Assembly: GCA_964527235.1 (NCBI GenBank)
Contig: CAZGNC010000003.1
Coordinates: forward strand, 47,809 to 111,808
Length of the DNA: 64,000 bases
Origin: an uncultured Candidatus Saccharibacteria bacterium
GTDB taxonomy: Bacteria > Patescibacteriota > Minisyncoccia > Phycocordibacterales > UBA9973
Direction: 5' to 3'
Of the stretch, positions 38,459 to 49,295 are shown piece by piece. The notes under the pieces were generated by a model, which saw only the letters and a program-made list of their open reading frames with translations, made no database searches and had not been told where the DNA came from. Made by a program: the position numbers and the translations under genes. Each line of letters starts with the position of its first letter. The first letter of the stretch is position 1.

Positions 38459-38701
38459 ATGAATTTAGTCATAGAAATTCTGCCTTATGTGCAGATTATT
38501 CTTTCAGTAGTATTAGTGCTCGCAATACTTCTCCAGCAAACAGGTGCCGGAGTAGGCGGAGCGTTGGGTGGTGGAGAGAGCGAATCATTCAGTCACACTC
38601 GACGTGGTTTTGAGAAATTTCTTTTTTATCTATCCATTGTGTGTGGAATTCTTTTTGCTTTATCTGCATTTCTATCTATAATATTAGGAGCGAGAAGCTA
38701 A
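38459..38701 (+). CDS. secG: Preprotein translocase subunit SecG
   Basis: ILLQQ.GAG.GGA.GG...TRRGFEK; two TM segments. Confidence 0.92.
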   Translation: MNLVIEILPYVQIILSVVLVLAILLQQTGAGVGGALGGGESESFSHTRRGFEKFLFYLSIVCGILFALSAFLSIILGARS

Positions 38702-38758
38702 TCCCTGCGTCCAAGAGACGCCACCTTGTATTGATTTCGTATTGCATAAAATTTTTTT

Positions 38759-40519
38759 ATGGAAAATTTATTTAGTCCTAAGCGCAATTTTAAATTGCCA
38801 AACAAATCAGAGATAAGTTTGGTGTTTTCTTCGTTTTCTAAGAAAGAATGGATGTTTTTTATCCTACTTGTACTCATGCTATTCGGTAGTACGCTAGCTA
38901 TACTACAAAGTATAAATAAGAATTTCATGGTGAAGGTTCCAATGCGAGGTGGCGAACTGTCTGAAGGCATCATCGGCACTCCCCGCTTCGTGAACCCAGT
39001 ACTTGCATTCTCAGACCCAGACCGCGATTTGGTTTCACTTATCTACTCTGGATTAATGCGAAAAGACGCCTCAGGTGTCCTAGTTCCTGACCTTGCAGAA
39101 AACTACGAAGTCTCAGAAAATGGGCTGTCTTACACTTTCACCCTAAAAGAAAAAGCATTCTTCCATGATGACACCCCAGTCACAGCAGACGACATCGTAT
39201 TTACTATAACTAAAATCAAGGATCCGATAATCAAGAGTCCACGTAAAGGCAACTGGGACGGCGTCAGTGTCGCGAAAGTAGATGACCGCACAGTCGTCTT
39301 TAACCTTCAGCAACCATATACATCATTCCTAGAAAATGCGACCTTGGGAATCCTACCGGAGCACGTATGGGCAAACTCACCTATAGAACTAAATGACGCC
39401 AACATCAACGCCATAGGTTCGGGTCCTTATATGGTTAAAGATGTAAGCAAGCAATCTTCTGGTACTATAAATTTCTACGAGCTAGAAGCTTTCAAGAAAT
39501 TCAGTATCTCTAGGCCTTATATCAAAAAGATAATGGTAAGGTTCTACCAAAACGAAAGCGATCTAATTACTGCCTTAGAAGAAAATAAAGTGGATCAAGC
39601 AAGCTCTGTAACTCCAGCCAACGCCGAGACACTAAGAGAGAAAGGCTATCGCGTAGAATCCTCTACCCTACCTAGAATATTCGGGCTATTTTTCAATCAA
39701 AGTCAAAACCAAATTTTCATAGACAAGGCTGTAGTACGAGCGATAGACCAAGCCATTGATAAAGATCGCATAATCAGCGAAGTTCTGTTCGGTTATGGAG
39801 TAGCAATCGAAGACCCTATACCACCAAACATGATCGGTTATCAAAAACTTACAGAAGAAAGAAACACTAATCACGCAGAGATGGTAGAGAAAGTAAAAGC
39901 TGATTTGGCGAAAAGTGGATGGGCAATAGGTGAAAGTGGTTTCTTAGAGAAGACAGTTACCGAGAATAAGAAGAAAACCACGAAAGTTCTCGAATTCTCT
40001 ATCTCAACAGGCAACGCTCCAGAATTAGCGAAATCCGCAGCTCTTATACAAGAAGACCTAGCTAGTGTGGGAATGAAGGTAGAAGTTAAAACCTTCGATG
40101 TGGGAAATCTAAACCAATCTGTTATTCGCCCTAGAAAATACGACGCCTTGCTCTTCGGACAAATAATCAACAACGAATCAGATTTATTTGCTTTCTGGCA
40201 CTCTTCTCAGAGAAAAGACCCAGGCCTAAACGTCGCAATGTACACCAACGCAAAAGTAGACAAAATCCTTGAAGATTCATTTATCACCACAGACGCCAAC
40301 GAGAGAGTAAAGAAATACGCACAATTCGAAGATGAAATAAAGAAAGATATGCCTGCGGTATTCTTATATAGCCCGAACTTTATATATGTAGTATCAAAAG
40401 ACGTTCAAGGACTTTCAATCGATCACGTGGTCTCCCCTGCAGCTAGGTTTATAAATTCATACTTATGGTACATTGATACTGATAATGTATGGAAAGTATT
40501 CTCTAAGTATCAGTACTAA
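38759..40519 (+). CDS. Peptide ABC transporter substrate-binding protein (family 5)
   Basis: PDLAE.Y...L.YTF.L....FHD..PVTADD; IGSGPY. Confidence 0.9.
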   Translation: MENLFSPKRNFKLPNKSEISLVFSSFSKKEWMFFILLVLMLFGSTLAILQSINKNFMVKVPMRGGELSEGIIGTPRFVNPVLAFSDPDRDLVSLIYSGLMRKDASGVLVPDLAENYEVSENGLSYTFTLKEKAFFHDDTPVTADDIVFTITKIKDPIIKSPRKGNWDGVSVAKVDDRTVVFNLQQPYTSFLENATLGILPEHVWANSPIELNDANINAIGSGPYMVKDVSKQSSGTINFYELEAFKKFSISRPYIKKIMVRFYQNESDLITALEENKVDQASSVTPANAETLREKGYRVESSTLPRIFGLFFNQSQNQIFIDKAVVRAIDQAIDKDRIISEVLFGYGVAIEDPIPPNMIGYQKLTEERNTNHAEMVEKVKADLAKSGWAIGESGFLEKTVTENKKKTTKVLEFSISTGNAPELAKSAALIQEDLASVGMKVEVKTFDVGNLNQSVIRPRKYDALLFGQIINNESDLFAFWHSSQRKDPGLNVAMYTNAKVDKILEDSFITTDANERVKKYAQFEDEIKKDMPAVFLYSPNFIYVVSKDVQGLSIDHVVSPAARFINSYLWYIDTDNVWKVFSKYQY

Positions 40520-40587
40520 AGATCTCATTAGAAAAATTATAAAATTTATTAATACCCGCCTGTCGGGACAAACAAGAAAAAACAAAA

Positions 40588-42570
40588 ATGATTAAAAAGA
40601 ACAGACTGTCTTTCAGCTCAGTAAGTGTCGAGGATAAAAAGCCCGCTCGCAGTACCACGCATGGTCATCATGGCGGAGATACTCGAGGCCATTCACATGG
40701 GCACCACAATACACCTCACGCCCCACACACTGCAGGTGGACACAAATCCCCTGAGAAAAGACGCCCAGTAAAAAATTCTACCTATCAGTATTCTAAGAAA
40801 AACTTCGGCCGAGGCGGAGCTGGTGGACGCCCTTACCCTAATAAAGGCCAGTACAACATGTCTGGTGACGGCAAGATACCCCCACCAGAGCCAGGAGTAA
40901 TCCGAATAATTCCCCTAGGAGGAGTAGAGGAAATCGGCAAGAACATGACTGCAATCGAAATCGATGACGATATCGTAGTCATCGACGCAGGTATGCACTT
41001 CTCTACCGAAGAAACTCCGGGTGTAGACTACGTGATCCCGAACACGACTTATCTAGAAGAAAGAAAAGAAAAAATTCGCGCTCTCATAATCACTCACGGT
41101 CACCTAGATCATATCGGTGGTGTGCCTTTAGTGCTTTCTCGTATCGGCAACCCTCCGGTATATTCAAGAAATCTTACTGCCCTACTCATGAGAAAAAGAG
41201 CGGCAGAATTCCCTCAGCTACCAGCAATGAAAGAAAACATCGTCGAGAAAGACGAAGTCATAACTTGCGGGAAAATAAGAATTCGATTCTGGGGAGTAAC
41301 TCATACTATCCCTGACTCTATGGGAGTAATTATAGAAACCAAGCATGGATGGATCGTTAACCCTGGTGACTACAAGCTCGACCAAGTCGACGGCGTTGTT
41401 TCAGATCGTGAAGAAGAAGAATATAAAATTTTCGACAAAGCCAAGACTCTGCTATTAATGACAGACTCTACCAACATCGAGAACGAAGGCTTTGCGCTTC
41501 CAGAAATAAAAGTACACCAAGGATTAGAGAACCTAATCAGGAAAAACAGTGGCAGACTCATCATCGCTGCTTTCGCATCACACATAAGTCGCTTGGTGAA
41601 AGTTATTCAAATAGCAGAAATGCTCGGTAAGAAAGTCGCACTCAATGGACGTTCGATGAAAACCAACATGGATGTGGTGTTCGAGGCTGGATTATTTAGC
41701 CCAAAGAAAGGCACAATCATACCTATGGAAGAAGTAGACAGCTACCCTCCAAACAAAGTCATAATACTTACAACTGGCGGACAAGGTGAAGAATTCTCAG
41801 GACTTAACCGCGCAGCGAATAAAACTGACAAAAAATTCTCGATCAAAAAAGGAGACACTGTTATTCTCTCTGCTTCTATCGTCCCAGGCAACGAACGCCA
41901 AGTTCAGAAAATGAAAGACGGCCTATCACGACAAGGCGTGAAGATAATAAGTTACCGCACCCCAGGTGAAGACTTCGTGCATGCGACTGGTCACGGCAAC
42001 AAAGAAGACATCAAATGGCTTCACAGAAAAGTAAAATCTAAATTCTTTATCCCAATACACGGTCATCATTACCACCTAGAACTTCACAAAGAACTTGCTC
42101 TCGAGCTCGGAATGCCAGAATCAAACGTAGTCGTACCAGACAATGGTTCTATCATAGAAATATCTCCCGATGGAGAAAAAATATCTGTTCGTAAGGAGAA
42201 AGCTCCAAGTGGAGCGATGATGGTTGATGGAGTATCTGTTGGAGACACTCAAGACGTAGTCATACGCGACCGTATGATGCTAGCGCAAGACGGAATGTTC
42301 GTGATACTTGCTATCGTCGACCAGAAAACTGGTAAATTGAAGAAATCCCCAGACCTTATATCTCGCGGATTCGTATACCTCAAAGAAAACCAGGAGCTTC
42401 TACGCCAAGTAAGAATCCTAATTAAGAAAAGCGTAGAAGACGCTACTGCCAAGATGAACCCTATTGATTTCGATTACATAAAAAATGATTTAGGCGAAAC
42501 TGTATCAAAGTACCTTTACCAAAAAACAGCTAAAAGACCTCTCGTAATACCTGTAGTACTCAGCGTATAA
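40588..42570 (+). CDS. rnj: Ribonuclease J with His/Gly-rich N-terminal extension
   Basis: LGGVEEIGKNM, THGHLDHIGG, DSTN, HATGHG and PIHG. Confidence 0.95.
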   Translation: MIKKNRLSFSSVSVEDKKPARSTTHGHHGGDTRGHSHGHHNTPHAPHTAGGHKSPEKRRPVKNSTYQYSKKNFGRGGAGGRPYPNKGQYNMSGDGKIPPPEPGVIRIIPLGGVEEIGKNMTAIEIDDDIVVIDAGMHFSTEETPGVDYVIPNTTYLEERKEKIRALIITHGHLDHIGGVPLVLSRIGNPPVYSRNLTALLMRKRAAEFPQLPAMKENIVEKDEVITCGKIRIRFWGVTHTIPDSMGVIIETKHGWIVNPGDYKLDQVDGVVSDREEEEYKIFDKAKTLLLMTDSTNIENEGFALPEIKVHQGLENLIRKNSGRLIIAAFASHISRLVKVIQIAEMLGKKVALNGRSMKTNMDVVFEAGLFSPKKGTIIPMEEVDSYPPNKVIILTTGGQGEEFSGLNRAANKTDKKFSIKKGDTVILSASIVPGNERQVQKMKDGLSRQGVKIISYRTPGEDFVHATGHGNKEDIKWLHRKVKSKFFIPIHGHHYHLELHKELALELGMPESNVVVPDNGSIIEISPDGEKISVRKEKAPSGAMMVDGVSVGDTQDVVIRDRMMLAQDGMFVILAIVDQKTGKLKKSPDLISRGFVYLKENQELLRQVRILIKKSVEDATAKMNPIDFDYIKNDLGETVSKYLYQKTAKRPLVIPVVLSV

Positions 42571-42571
42571 A

Positions 42572-43723
42572 ATGATTGCTCATAATCGCAAAATCATCTA
42601 CATAGCAGGGTTCCTCTTCTCCATACCGATGGCCCTGACGTCTTACATAAACTCAAGCTTCTTAGAAAATTACATAAATGCGTACAATGTTAGTATCACT
42701 TACATTGTGTCTTCGGTGTTGTCGATTCTGCTTATGCTCAAGATGCCAGACTTGCTGACCAAAATTGGCAATCGCCTCACCACCCTCGTATTCGGTGTCT
42801 TAACTTTACTATCCTACCTAGGACTTGCCTTCAGTAGCAATCCTGCGGTCATAGTTGGAGCTTTCATATTGTATTTCGTCTCAACCAACTTTATCCTGGC
42901 TTCACTTGATATATTTATCGAAGATTTCTCACCCAAAAGAAACATCGGCAGTGCCCGTGGCATGTATCTCATGATCATAAACTCAGCTTGGGTAATCTCA
43001 CAAATAATCTCAGGATCAATTATAGCCAAAAGCTCATTTAAGGGTATTTATTTATTCTCGGCAGGATTTATTTTCTTATTCTCTGTAATTTTTGTCTTGT
43101 TTTTGAAAAATTTCAAAGACCCAAAGTACAAGAAGGTCCCAGTTATCAAAACTGCGCGAGTTTTCATCAACAACAAAAACATCTCAAGGATTTATTTATT
43201 GAATTTTATTCTTAGATTCTTTTTTGCCTGGATGATAATATACACACCTATCTATCTAGTTAACTACATGAATTTCGGCTGGGCAGAAATAGGGGGAATG
43301 TTCAGTATAATGCTTTTACCTTTTGTATTTTTAGGTTTTCCTTTAGGGAAATTGTCAGACAAGATAGGCGAGAAGAAAATACTCACAATAGGTTTTCTAG
43401 TAAGTGCTTTTTCTGTAGCCCTGATTCCATTCTTTGTTCTGCCGAATTTCTGGCTTTGGGCTGGAATATTATTCACGACACGTGTAGGTGCTGCGACCAT
43501 CGAGGTAATGAGCGAAACATATTTCTTTAAATCAGTGAGCGAAGAAGACGATGACGAGATCAGTTTCTTCCGCAACACCATGCCACTGTCATTCATAATC
43601 GCTCCACTAGTGGCGATACCTGTGCTTTATTTCGTGCCATCTTTTAAATATATTTTCTTTGTACTTAGTGCAGTTTTATTCTTCGGCGTATTTGTATCAC
43701 TGAGACTTAAGGACGTGAGATAA
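42572..43723 (+). CDS. MFS transporter
   Basis: About 12 TM segments; GKLSDKIGEK. Confidence 0.85.
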   Translation: MIAHNRKIIYIAGFLFSIPMALTSYINSSFLENYINAYNVSITYIVSSVLSILLMLKMPDLLTKIGNRLTTLVFGVLTLLSYLGLAFSSNPAVIVGAFILYFVSTNFILASLDIFIEDFSPKRNIGSARGMYLMIINSAWVISQIISGSIIAKSSFKGIYLFSAGFIFLFSVIFVLFLKNFKDPKYKKVPVIKTARVFINNKNISRIYLLNFILRFFFAWMIIYTPIYLVNYMNFGWAEIGGMFSIMLLPFVFLGFPLGKLSDKIGEKKILTIGFLVSAFSVALIPFFVLPNFWLWAGILFTTRVGAATIEVMSETYFFKSVSEEDDDEISFFRNTMPLSFIIAPLVAIPVLYFVPSFKYIFFVLSAVLFFGVFVSLRLKDVR

Positions 43724-43725
43724 AC

Positions 43726-45024
43726 CTACTTAGCCGGTTCAAGCACAACAGATACTGTCTTCTCTTCTCCGCGGTGTAATATTTTCAACTTCACCAAATC
43801 CCCTACATTTTTATTTCGAATCTCTAGTGCCAGACTAGTATCCTCATCTAACTTCACCCCATCTATCTCTAGAATAATATCATTCTCGACAATTCCCGCC
43901 TTATCAGCTGGGGAACCTGGGATCACAGCTAGCTCATTTTTATTTTCACCTGCTTTAACTATCACACCATAATCTACCGACAAATCATTCTTCTCTTTCA
44001 TTTCTGCATTGATTGCAACATAGCGCACACCCAAATAAGGACGAATTATCTTACCAGTAGTTTTCACTGATTCAATAGCTCCCTTTACGCTATTTATAGG
44101 CAAGGCAAAACCAATGCTTTGTGAACCTTGTGCGACAGCAACATTGACACCAACTACCCTACCAGATAAATCCAACAGTGGACCACCAGAGTTCCCAGGA
44201 TTAATTGCCGCATCGGTCTGTATCACATGATCCAGAAGTTCAGTCTTTCCAGAAGAATCACCAGCAGTGATAGAACGAGACAACCCCGATACTACCCCTA
44301 CAGAAACTGTATTACGAAATTCAGCTAAAGCATTACCTATCGCAATAACACTCTGCCCAACCTCGAGCGAGTCAGAATTGCCCAAAGAAAGAAATGGGAA
44401 ATCAGAACCATCTATTTTAATCAGAGCAATATCGAGTACTGGGTCGAGAGCTATAACTTTCGCCTGATGTTTCTTGCCATCATTTGTGAAAACGGTATAT
44501 TCAACGTCTTTTTGATCAACAACATGTTTATTAGTGACAATCAGCCCATCTTTAGAAACAAAGAATCCTGACCCTCCTCCTATCTCCTTTTTTTCTGTGC
44601 CATTCTGACGATACTGCGGGAAATTAAACAAGAACCCTGGGAACATATCACCGAACGGACTATCATTGTTCGGATTTACGTAAGTTTCATATTTAGGTAC
44701 TTCTTTAGATATAACAATAGACACAACAGCTGGATTGGTCTTCTTCACCGCACCTACTACAAAAGATTCCTGAGAAAACACAGCCTGCTTATCTAGAAAT
44801 TTCTCTCCAGTGCCACTAGTTTCATTCTTAAGAGAGATGTCTTGAATGTTCTGTAAATATTCGGTAGCAAAATATTCGAACAAGTTCGCTCTAAAATACC
44901 ACGCGAATGCTCCTAACAATACGAGCAATGATAAAAAAGAAAGGAAACTTATAAAAAATATACGTGCGAATTCGCCACGATGAAATATCTTACTAAATAA
45001 TTCTTTAATATTTATCTTTTCCAT
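43726..45024 (-). CDS. htrA: HtrA/DegP serine protease with PDZ domain
   Basis: GSGF, TNKHVV, DIAL and TDAAINPGNSGGPL; C-terminal PDZ. Confidence 0.92.
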   Translation of the reverse strand: MEKINIKELFSKIFHRGEFARIFFISFLSFLSLLVLLGAFAWYFRANLFEYFATEYLQNIQDISLKNETSGTGEKFLDKQAVFSQESFVVGAVKKTNPAVVSIVISKEVPKYETYVNPNNDSPFGDMFPGFLFNFPQYRQNGTEKKEIGGGSGFFVSKDGLIVTNKHVVDQKDVEYTVFTNDGKKHQAKVIALDPVLDIALIKIDGSDFPFLSLGNSDSLEVGQSVIAIGNALAEFRNTVSVGVVSGLSRSITAGDSSGKTELLDHVIQTDAAINPGNSGGPLLDLSGRVVGVNVAVAQGSQSIGFALPINSVKGAIESVKTTGKIIRPYLGVRYVAINAEMKEKNDLSVDYGVIVKAGENKNELAVIPGSPADKAGIVENDIILEIDGVKLDEDTSLALEIRNKNVGDLVKLKILHRGEEKTVSVVLEPAK

Positions 45025-45061
45025 ATTGGTTAAAATTAAATATTACCGATAATATTATTTA

Positions 45062-45502
45062 TTATATTTTTCTTTTTCCTCTTAGCAAGCTGTTTTTATA
45101 TATCTTATGCTTGAAGGGTTTTAAGCGAACAATTTTCACGTTTAAACCCTTATTTTTCAAGTCTTTTTTAAGATTCTCGACATAATGCGTCTGGTCATAT
45201 CCCAAGGCGATTATGTCTGGACGTTCTTTCAAGATATGAGGAATGTGATCTCGCACCCCAGAGAGCACTACTTTATCTACTAATTCACAGTTTTTAAGCA
45301 ATGCCATCCTCGCCTTTTCGTTTAGGTGAGGTATATGATGCTTAATCTTAAAAACATTTTTATCTCGGGCAATCGAAACAATCAAAAAAGCTTGGTCTCG
45401 AGCAAGCTCTCTTGCTTGTCTAAAGAAATCCAAATGCCCCGGATGCAATCCATCGAAAGTCCCAAAAAGCATAACTTTTTTTATGTTGTTTGTCTTTGCC
45501 AT
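45062..45502 (-). CDS. Cytidylyltransferase-family protein (RibL-like FAD synthase)
   Basis: GTFDGLHPGH and PDIIALGYDQ. Confidence 0.8.
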   Translation of the reverse strand: MAKTNNIKKVMLFGTFDGLHPGHLDFFRQARELARDQAFLIVSIARDKNVFKIKHHIPHLNEKARMALLKNCELVDKVVLSGVRDHIPHILKERPDIIALGYDQTHYVENLKKDLKNKGLNVKIVRLKPFKHKIYKNSLLRGKRKI

Positions 45503-45505
45503 AAA

Positions 45506-46117
45506 TTACTTTTTATACTCTACTATCTTCCCTGCTTCTATTTCTATAGCGTCTGCCTTTCGTAAATTTTTAAATTTTTCATCTCTGGCGATATCGTAAT
45601 GCTTAACCCTATCGAGCTCTTCATCTATGCCCCAGAGATTCTCATATGAAGTCGGCCAGTCGTGTTCGAAAGTAGTTAGATTCAAAGGCTTAGAATATTT
45701 GCGCAAGGTCTTCTTGCCATTATCTAAGAAGTATTCATGAAAATACGACATCACAAGCTCGCGTAGATCTTTATAGACTGGCTCACGATAACGCAGTACC
45801 GCGTGATTGGTTTTAGACAATGCACCCCAAAGACCATCAACTTTAAAAGGTGCTATAACATGATCGAAGTCACCCTTGGTCGCCTCGAGGTGTAGCACCA
45901 ATGGCTCAAATCCATGCAGAGATAAAATATACGCCCCCAAGATAGCTCCTTCTATACAATGCGCGCTACCAGTACGTAACACCTGCATGGGGGATTTCAG
46001 TGTTGGTCGGCCGTCTTCTTCAAAGTTAAAATTCAAACTATTCAGAAAGTCCTGCACTTTGGCTGGAGTGTTCAGCTTGTTCATCAAAGATATTTCTTTT
46101 TTTGTAAATTCAAGCAT
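45506..46117 (-). CDS. Transglutaminase-like hypothetical protein
   Basis: AHCIEGA...DHVIA...GALSK.N...LRYREPVY. Confidence 0.65.
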   Translation of the reverse strand: MLEFTKKEISLMNKLNTPAKVQDFLNSLNFNFEEDGRPTLKSPMQVLRTGSAHCIEGAILGAYILSLHGFEPLVLHLEATKGDFDHVIAPFKVDGLWGALSKTNHAVLRYREPVYKDLRELVMSYFHEYFLDNGKKTLRKYSKPLNLTTFEHDWPTSYENLWGIDEELDRVKHYDIARDEKFKNLRKADAIEIEAGKIVEYKK

Positions 46118-46122
46118 AAATT

Positions 46123-47673
46123 CTATTCGAATTCTGTGGTCGCTGGAGGTTTAGGTGTGAAATCGAAAAACACTCTAACCACCTTAGGATGCCGTGCGAG
46201 TGTGCTTATTATTTCTTCGCACACTTCTTGAGGTAGATAAAATCCTTTAACTGTCATAAAGTCAGTAGTTTCTACTGTGCGCACTACCATAGAATAACCA
46301 TACACTCTACCATCGCCTTTGACCCCTACGGTCTTAGTGCCTAAAAGTGCGACTATTGTCTGCGAAATCTTTTCATATAAATTATGTTTCTTTAATATCT
46401 CCATAACAGCATCATCGGCTTCTCGTACGATTTCTAACAACTCTGCTGTCACTGGTACGCCCAACACCCGCAAATAAAGCCCAGGGCCCGGGAAAGGCTG
46501 ACGTTTCGATACAAGTTCGTCTAGGCCAAATTCATGTGCAAAACCTCGAACCTCAAATTTAAAATAATCAGCCAGAGGAGTAATTTCCTTAAACCCTAAA
46601 TCAAGGTCAACATTATGATGAGTTTTTATCAAAGCGCTCTTGCCGAGACTCCCCGACTCTATCAAGTCAGTAGCGAGCGTGCCCTGAATCATGTGAGTCG
46701 CCCCGTAAGACTTGGCTACATCTTTAAAGACTTCTCCGTAGACTTCTCGAAATCTGGCGCGCTTCTCCTCAGCATCTACGGTGGTGCCGATACTCTGGAT
46801 AAATTTATCTTTGTACTTGCTGATAACCTCTAGATTTATCTTTGCTTTCTTGGCGATAGCCTGCACCTTCTCTACTTCGCCCTTACGCATGCCACCAGTA
46901 TCAATAAAAAATGCTTTGAGTCTTTCACCTAGAGCTGGGGTAAGTATTGCCGCGAGCGCGGTAGAGTCCACCCCACCAGAAACTCCGATAATAGCCACTC
47001 CATCACCTAAAACATTTTTAGCATTCTCTTGAATTTCTTTTATAGCATCCTTGGTGAAATAATCTTTTTCACATCCACAAATAGTACTGACAAAATTATT
47101 TAAAATAATATTTTCATCCCTAGTTTCCTCCACCTCAGGGTGAAATTGCACTGCATACAGCTTGCGCTCACTAGATTCTATTGCTTCGATCACACTACCT
47201 TCTTTTGAAGTTGCAGTAACGACAAACCCTGCTGGAGGCTTCTTAACTGAATCCCCGTGAGAAGACCAAGCGTCTATCTTGTCTTTCAGCCCTAGAAAAA
47301 GCTCACTAGATTGATCTTGCGCAAAATTAACTTCTACTGGACCGTATGATTTACCAGAGAGTTCTTTGTGCACTGTATCTTTTTCATGCACATACGCCAT
47401 CCACTGCATGCCATAACAAATGCCGAAAATAGGCACGTTTAGGTTTAAAATTTCTTTATTTATTTCTGGCGCATCTGCATCATACACACTAGAGCTACCT
47501 CCAGAGAGAATTATACCCTTAGGTGTATATTCAGTAATTGCAGACATCAACTCGGCTGGTGGAACAATAGTCGAATGAAAACCCAAATACCGCAAACTTC
47601 GTCTGATAATTTGCGTGTATTGAGAGCCTAGATCAACTATTAGTATTTGTGCTCTCGGCTTTGCTTCTGACAT
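46123..47673 (-). CDS. guaA: GMP synthase (glutamine-hydrolysing)
   Basis: DLGSQY, GICYG, QFHPE, SGGVDS, IKTHHNV, PFPGPGL and KPPAT.E.E. Confidence 0.97.
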   Translation of the reverse strand: MSEAKPRAQILIVDLGSQYTQIIRRSLRYLGFHSTIVPPAELMSAITEYTPKGIILSGGSSSVYDADAPEINKEILNLNVPIFGICYGMQWMAYVHEKDTVHKELSGKSYGPVEVNFAQDQSSELFLGLKDKIDAWSSHGDSVKKPPAGFVVTATSKEGSVIEAIESSERKLYAVQFHPEVEETRDENIILNNFVSTICGCEKDYFTKDAIKEIQENAKNVLGDGVAIIGVSGGVDSTALAAILTPALGERLKAFFIDTGGMRKGEVEKVQAIAKKAKINLEVISKYKDKFIQSIGTTVDAEEKRARFREVYGEVFKDVAKSYGATHMIQGTLATDLIESGSLGKSALIKTHHNVDLDLGFKEITPLADYFKFEVRGFAHEFGLDELVSKRQPFPGPGLYLRVLGVPVTAELLEIVREADDAVMEILKKHNLYEKISQTIVALLGTKTVGVKGDGRVYGYSMVVRTVETTDFMTVKGFYLPQEVCEEIISTLARHPKVVRVFFDFTPKPPATTEFE

Positions 47674-47676
47674 AAT

Positions 47677-47886
47677 TTATATGCCTAAATCATTAAGTGT
47701 GCTGTTATAACTACTGAGGAAAGATGGTATAACAAAAATCAAACCTATCAAGGGCAGCACCACAGCTATCACTGTAACCCATATAATCGTTAGGAAATAT
47801 TTTCGAGTTTTCTCTACTGATTTGTATATTGCATCGAGCTTGGCATCTTGCTCGGCTAACTTTTGTTGTAATTCTGCATCTATCAT
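47677..47886 (-). CDS. Small single-TM protein
   Basis: Coiled coil plus TM. Confidence 0.65.
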   Translation of the reverse strand: MIDAELQQKLAEQDAKLDAIYKSVEKTRKYFLTIIWVTVIAVVLPLIGLIFVIPSFLSSYNSTLNDLGI

Positions 47887-47887
47887 T

Positions 47888-48436
47888 TTAGTCTTCTTTG
47901 TTATAGAAATGCGCTACAAGAGCAACAGTAATAAGCCCAACAAACATAGTTAGTGCAAGCATTGGCAATGATATATAACCACCGAATTCATGCACTAGTT
48001 GCTGGTAACATGAAACTCCTGACGCATCACAAGGTTTGTTTGACATATCTCCCCCAAAGTAATACACAAAGTTCTGATACACCGAAACCAGGAATCCAGC
48101 AGAAAGTATTGGCAAAACATACTTAACTATCTTTCTATCTTTCACCCAAATAGCCGTACCGAAAATAAATACTAGAGGGAAAGAAAATACTCTCTGATAC
48201 CAACACAAATAACAAGGTACAAAGCCAACTATCTCTGAATAAACTAACGAGAAAAGAGATGACGTTAGAGTAATAATAAAACCAAGATTAAGATAATGCT
48301 TGTCGATGAAAGCCAAGTAGGCATTTTTCTTTGGACCGATGAAGAGCAAGAATAGTGCAATAACTGAAAGCACTTGCAAAATAATCGCCCCACTTCCTAG
48401 TAAAACGTTGAGATAATGTACTGTAGTTGGTGTCAT
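47888..48436 (-). CDS. Disulfide bond formation protein DsbB/BdbC
   Basis: PCYLCWYQR and second pair C....C; multi-TM. Confidence 0.9.
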   Translation of the reverse strand: MTPTTVHYLNVLLGSGAIILQVLSVIALFLLFIGPKKNAYLAFIDKHYLNLGFIITLTSSLFSLVYSEIVGFVPCYLCWYQRVFSFPLVFIFGTAIWVKDRKIVKYVLPILSAGFLVSVYQNFVYYFGGDMSNKPCDASGVSCYQQLVHEFGGYISLPMLALTMFVGLITVALVAHFYNKED

Positions 48437-48440
48437 AGAT

Positions 48441-48833
48441 TTATTCTGGCAATGTACAACCAGTTTTAGTTGCTAATTCTGCTAACTCAATTTCCCCAGT
48501 TGCACGTGTGCCATCTGGGAATTCCCAAGTTGGGTAACTAGATACACCTTTAGTAGTACATTCAGGTAGCTGAGACTTACCATCAAGAGTAGAACACTCT
48601 ACGTAAGGTAGAAGCTTCGCTGAAGATCCGAACATTTTCTTTTGGGCTTGGCAGTGAGGACACCAGAAAGCTCCATAAAACACTGCGCCCTTGTCTTTGA
48701 GACATTGAGCCAAAACATCATACTTACCAGGAGTAGAGGTCCTGCCTTCGTTAGCCCGCAATACCACCATCCCTACGACACCCAAAATCAGAATACCTAT
48801 GACACTAATGAAAATCTTTACATTATTATCCAT
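48441..48833 (-). CDS. Membrane-anchored thioredoxin-like protein
   Basis: YGAFWCPHC..QK..FG, YVEC and YPTW. Confidence 0.85.
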   Translation of the reverse strand: MDNNVKIFISVIGILILGVVGMVVLRANEGRTSTPGKYDVLAQCLKDKGAVFYGAFWCPHCQAQKKMFGSSAKLLPYVECSTLDGKSQLPECTTKGVSSYPTWEFPDGTRATGEIELAELATKTGCTLPE

Positions 48834-48914
48834 AATTTAAGAATTAATTTGATAAAAACCACCCCCGCTTATAACCTCAAAGCGGGACTTATAAACCCAG
48901 TATATCACAAGATT

Positions 48915-49286
48915 CTAGAAAATCCTTGGTAGAAAAATGATGGCTCCAATGACAACGGCTACTATGGTGGAGATCAGAACAGCAGCAGCAGCCACGTCCT
49001 TGGTATCACGTGCATAAGGGTGAAATTCAGGTGAAGTTAAGTCTATGTCTATCTCTATCGCGGTATTCAGAGTTTCAGTGATAATGACCAAACCAATAGC
49101 GAAAACCAACAACACCCATTCAATACTAGTGATACGAAGGATGACACCTAGATAGATAGCTAGTAGACCAAAGAATATATGCCCCCACATATTGTGAGTA
49201 GTCTTAAGCAGAACGCCCAAACCTCGCCAAGCATGCGTTGCGCTTTTTATCCTAGCTATAATTGAAAATCTCTTGTCGTCTTTCAA
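48915..49286 (-). CDS. dgkA: Diacylglycerol/undecaprenol kinase
   Basis: ETLNTAIE..ID and KDVAAAAVL. Confidence 0.85.
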   Translation of the reverse strand: MKDDKRFSIIARIKSATHAWRGLGVLLKTTHNMWGHIFFGLLAIYLGVILRITSIEWVLLVFAIGLVIITETLNTAIEIDIDLTSPEFHPYARDTKDVAAAAVLISTIVAVVIGAIIFLPRIF

Positions 49287-49295
49287 GGCAGTATT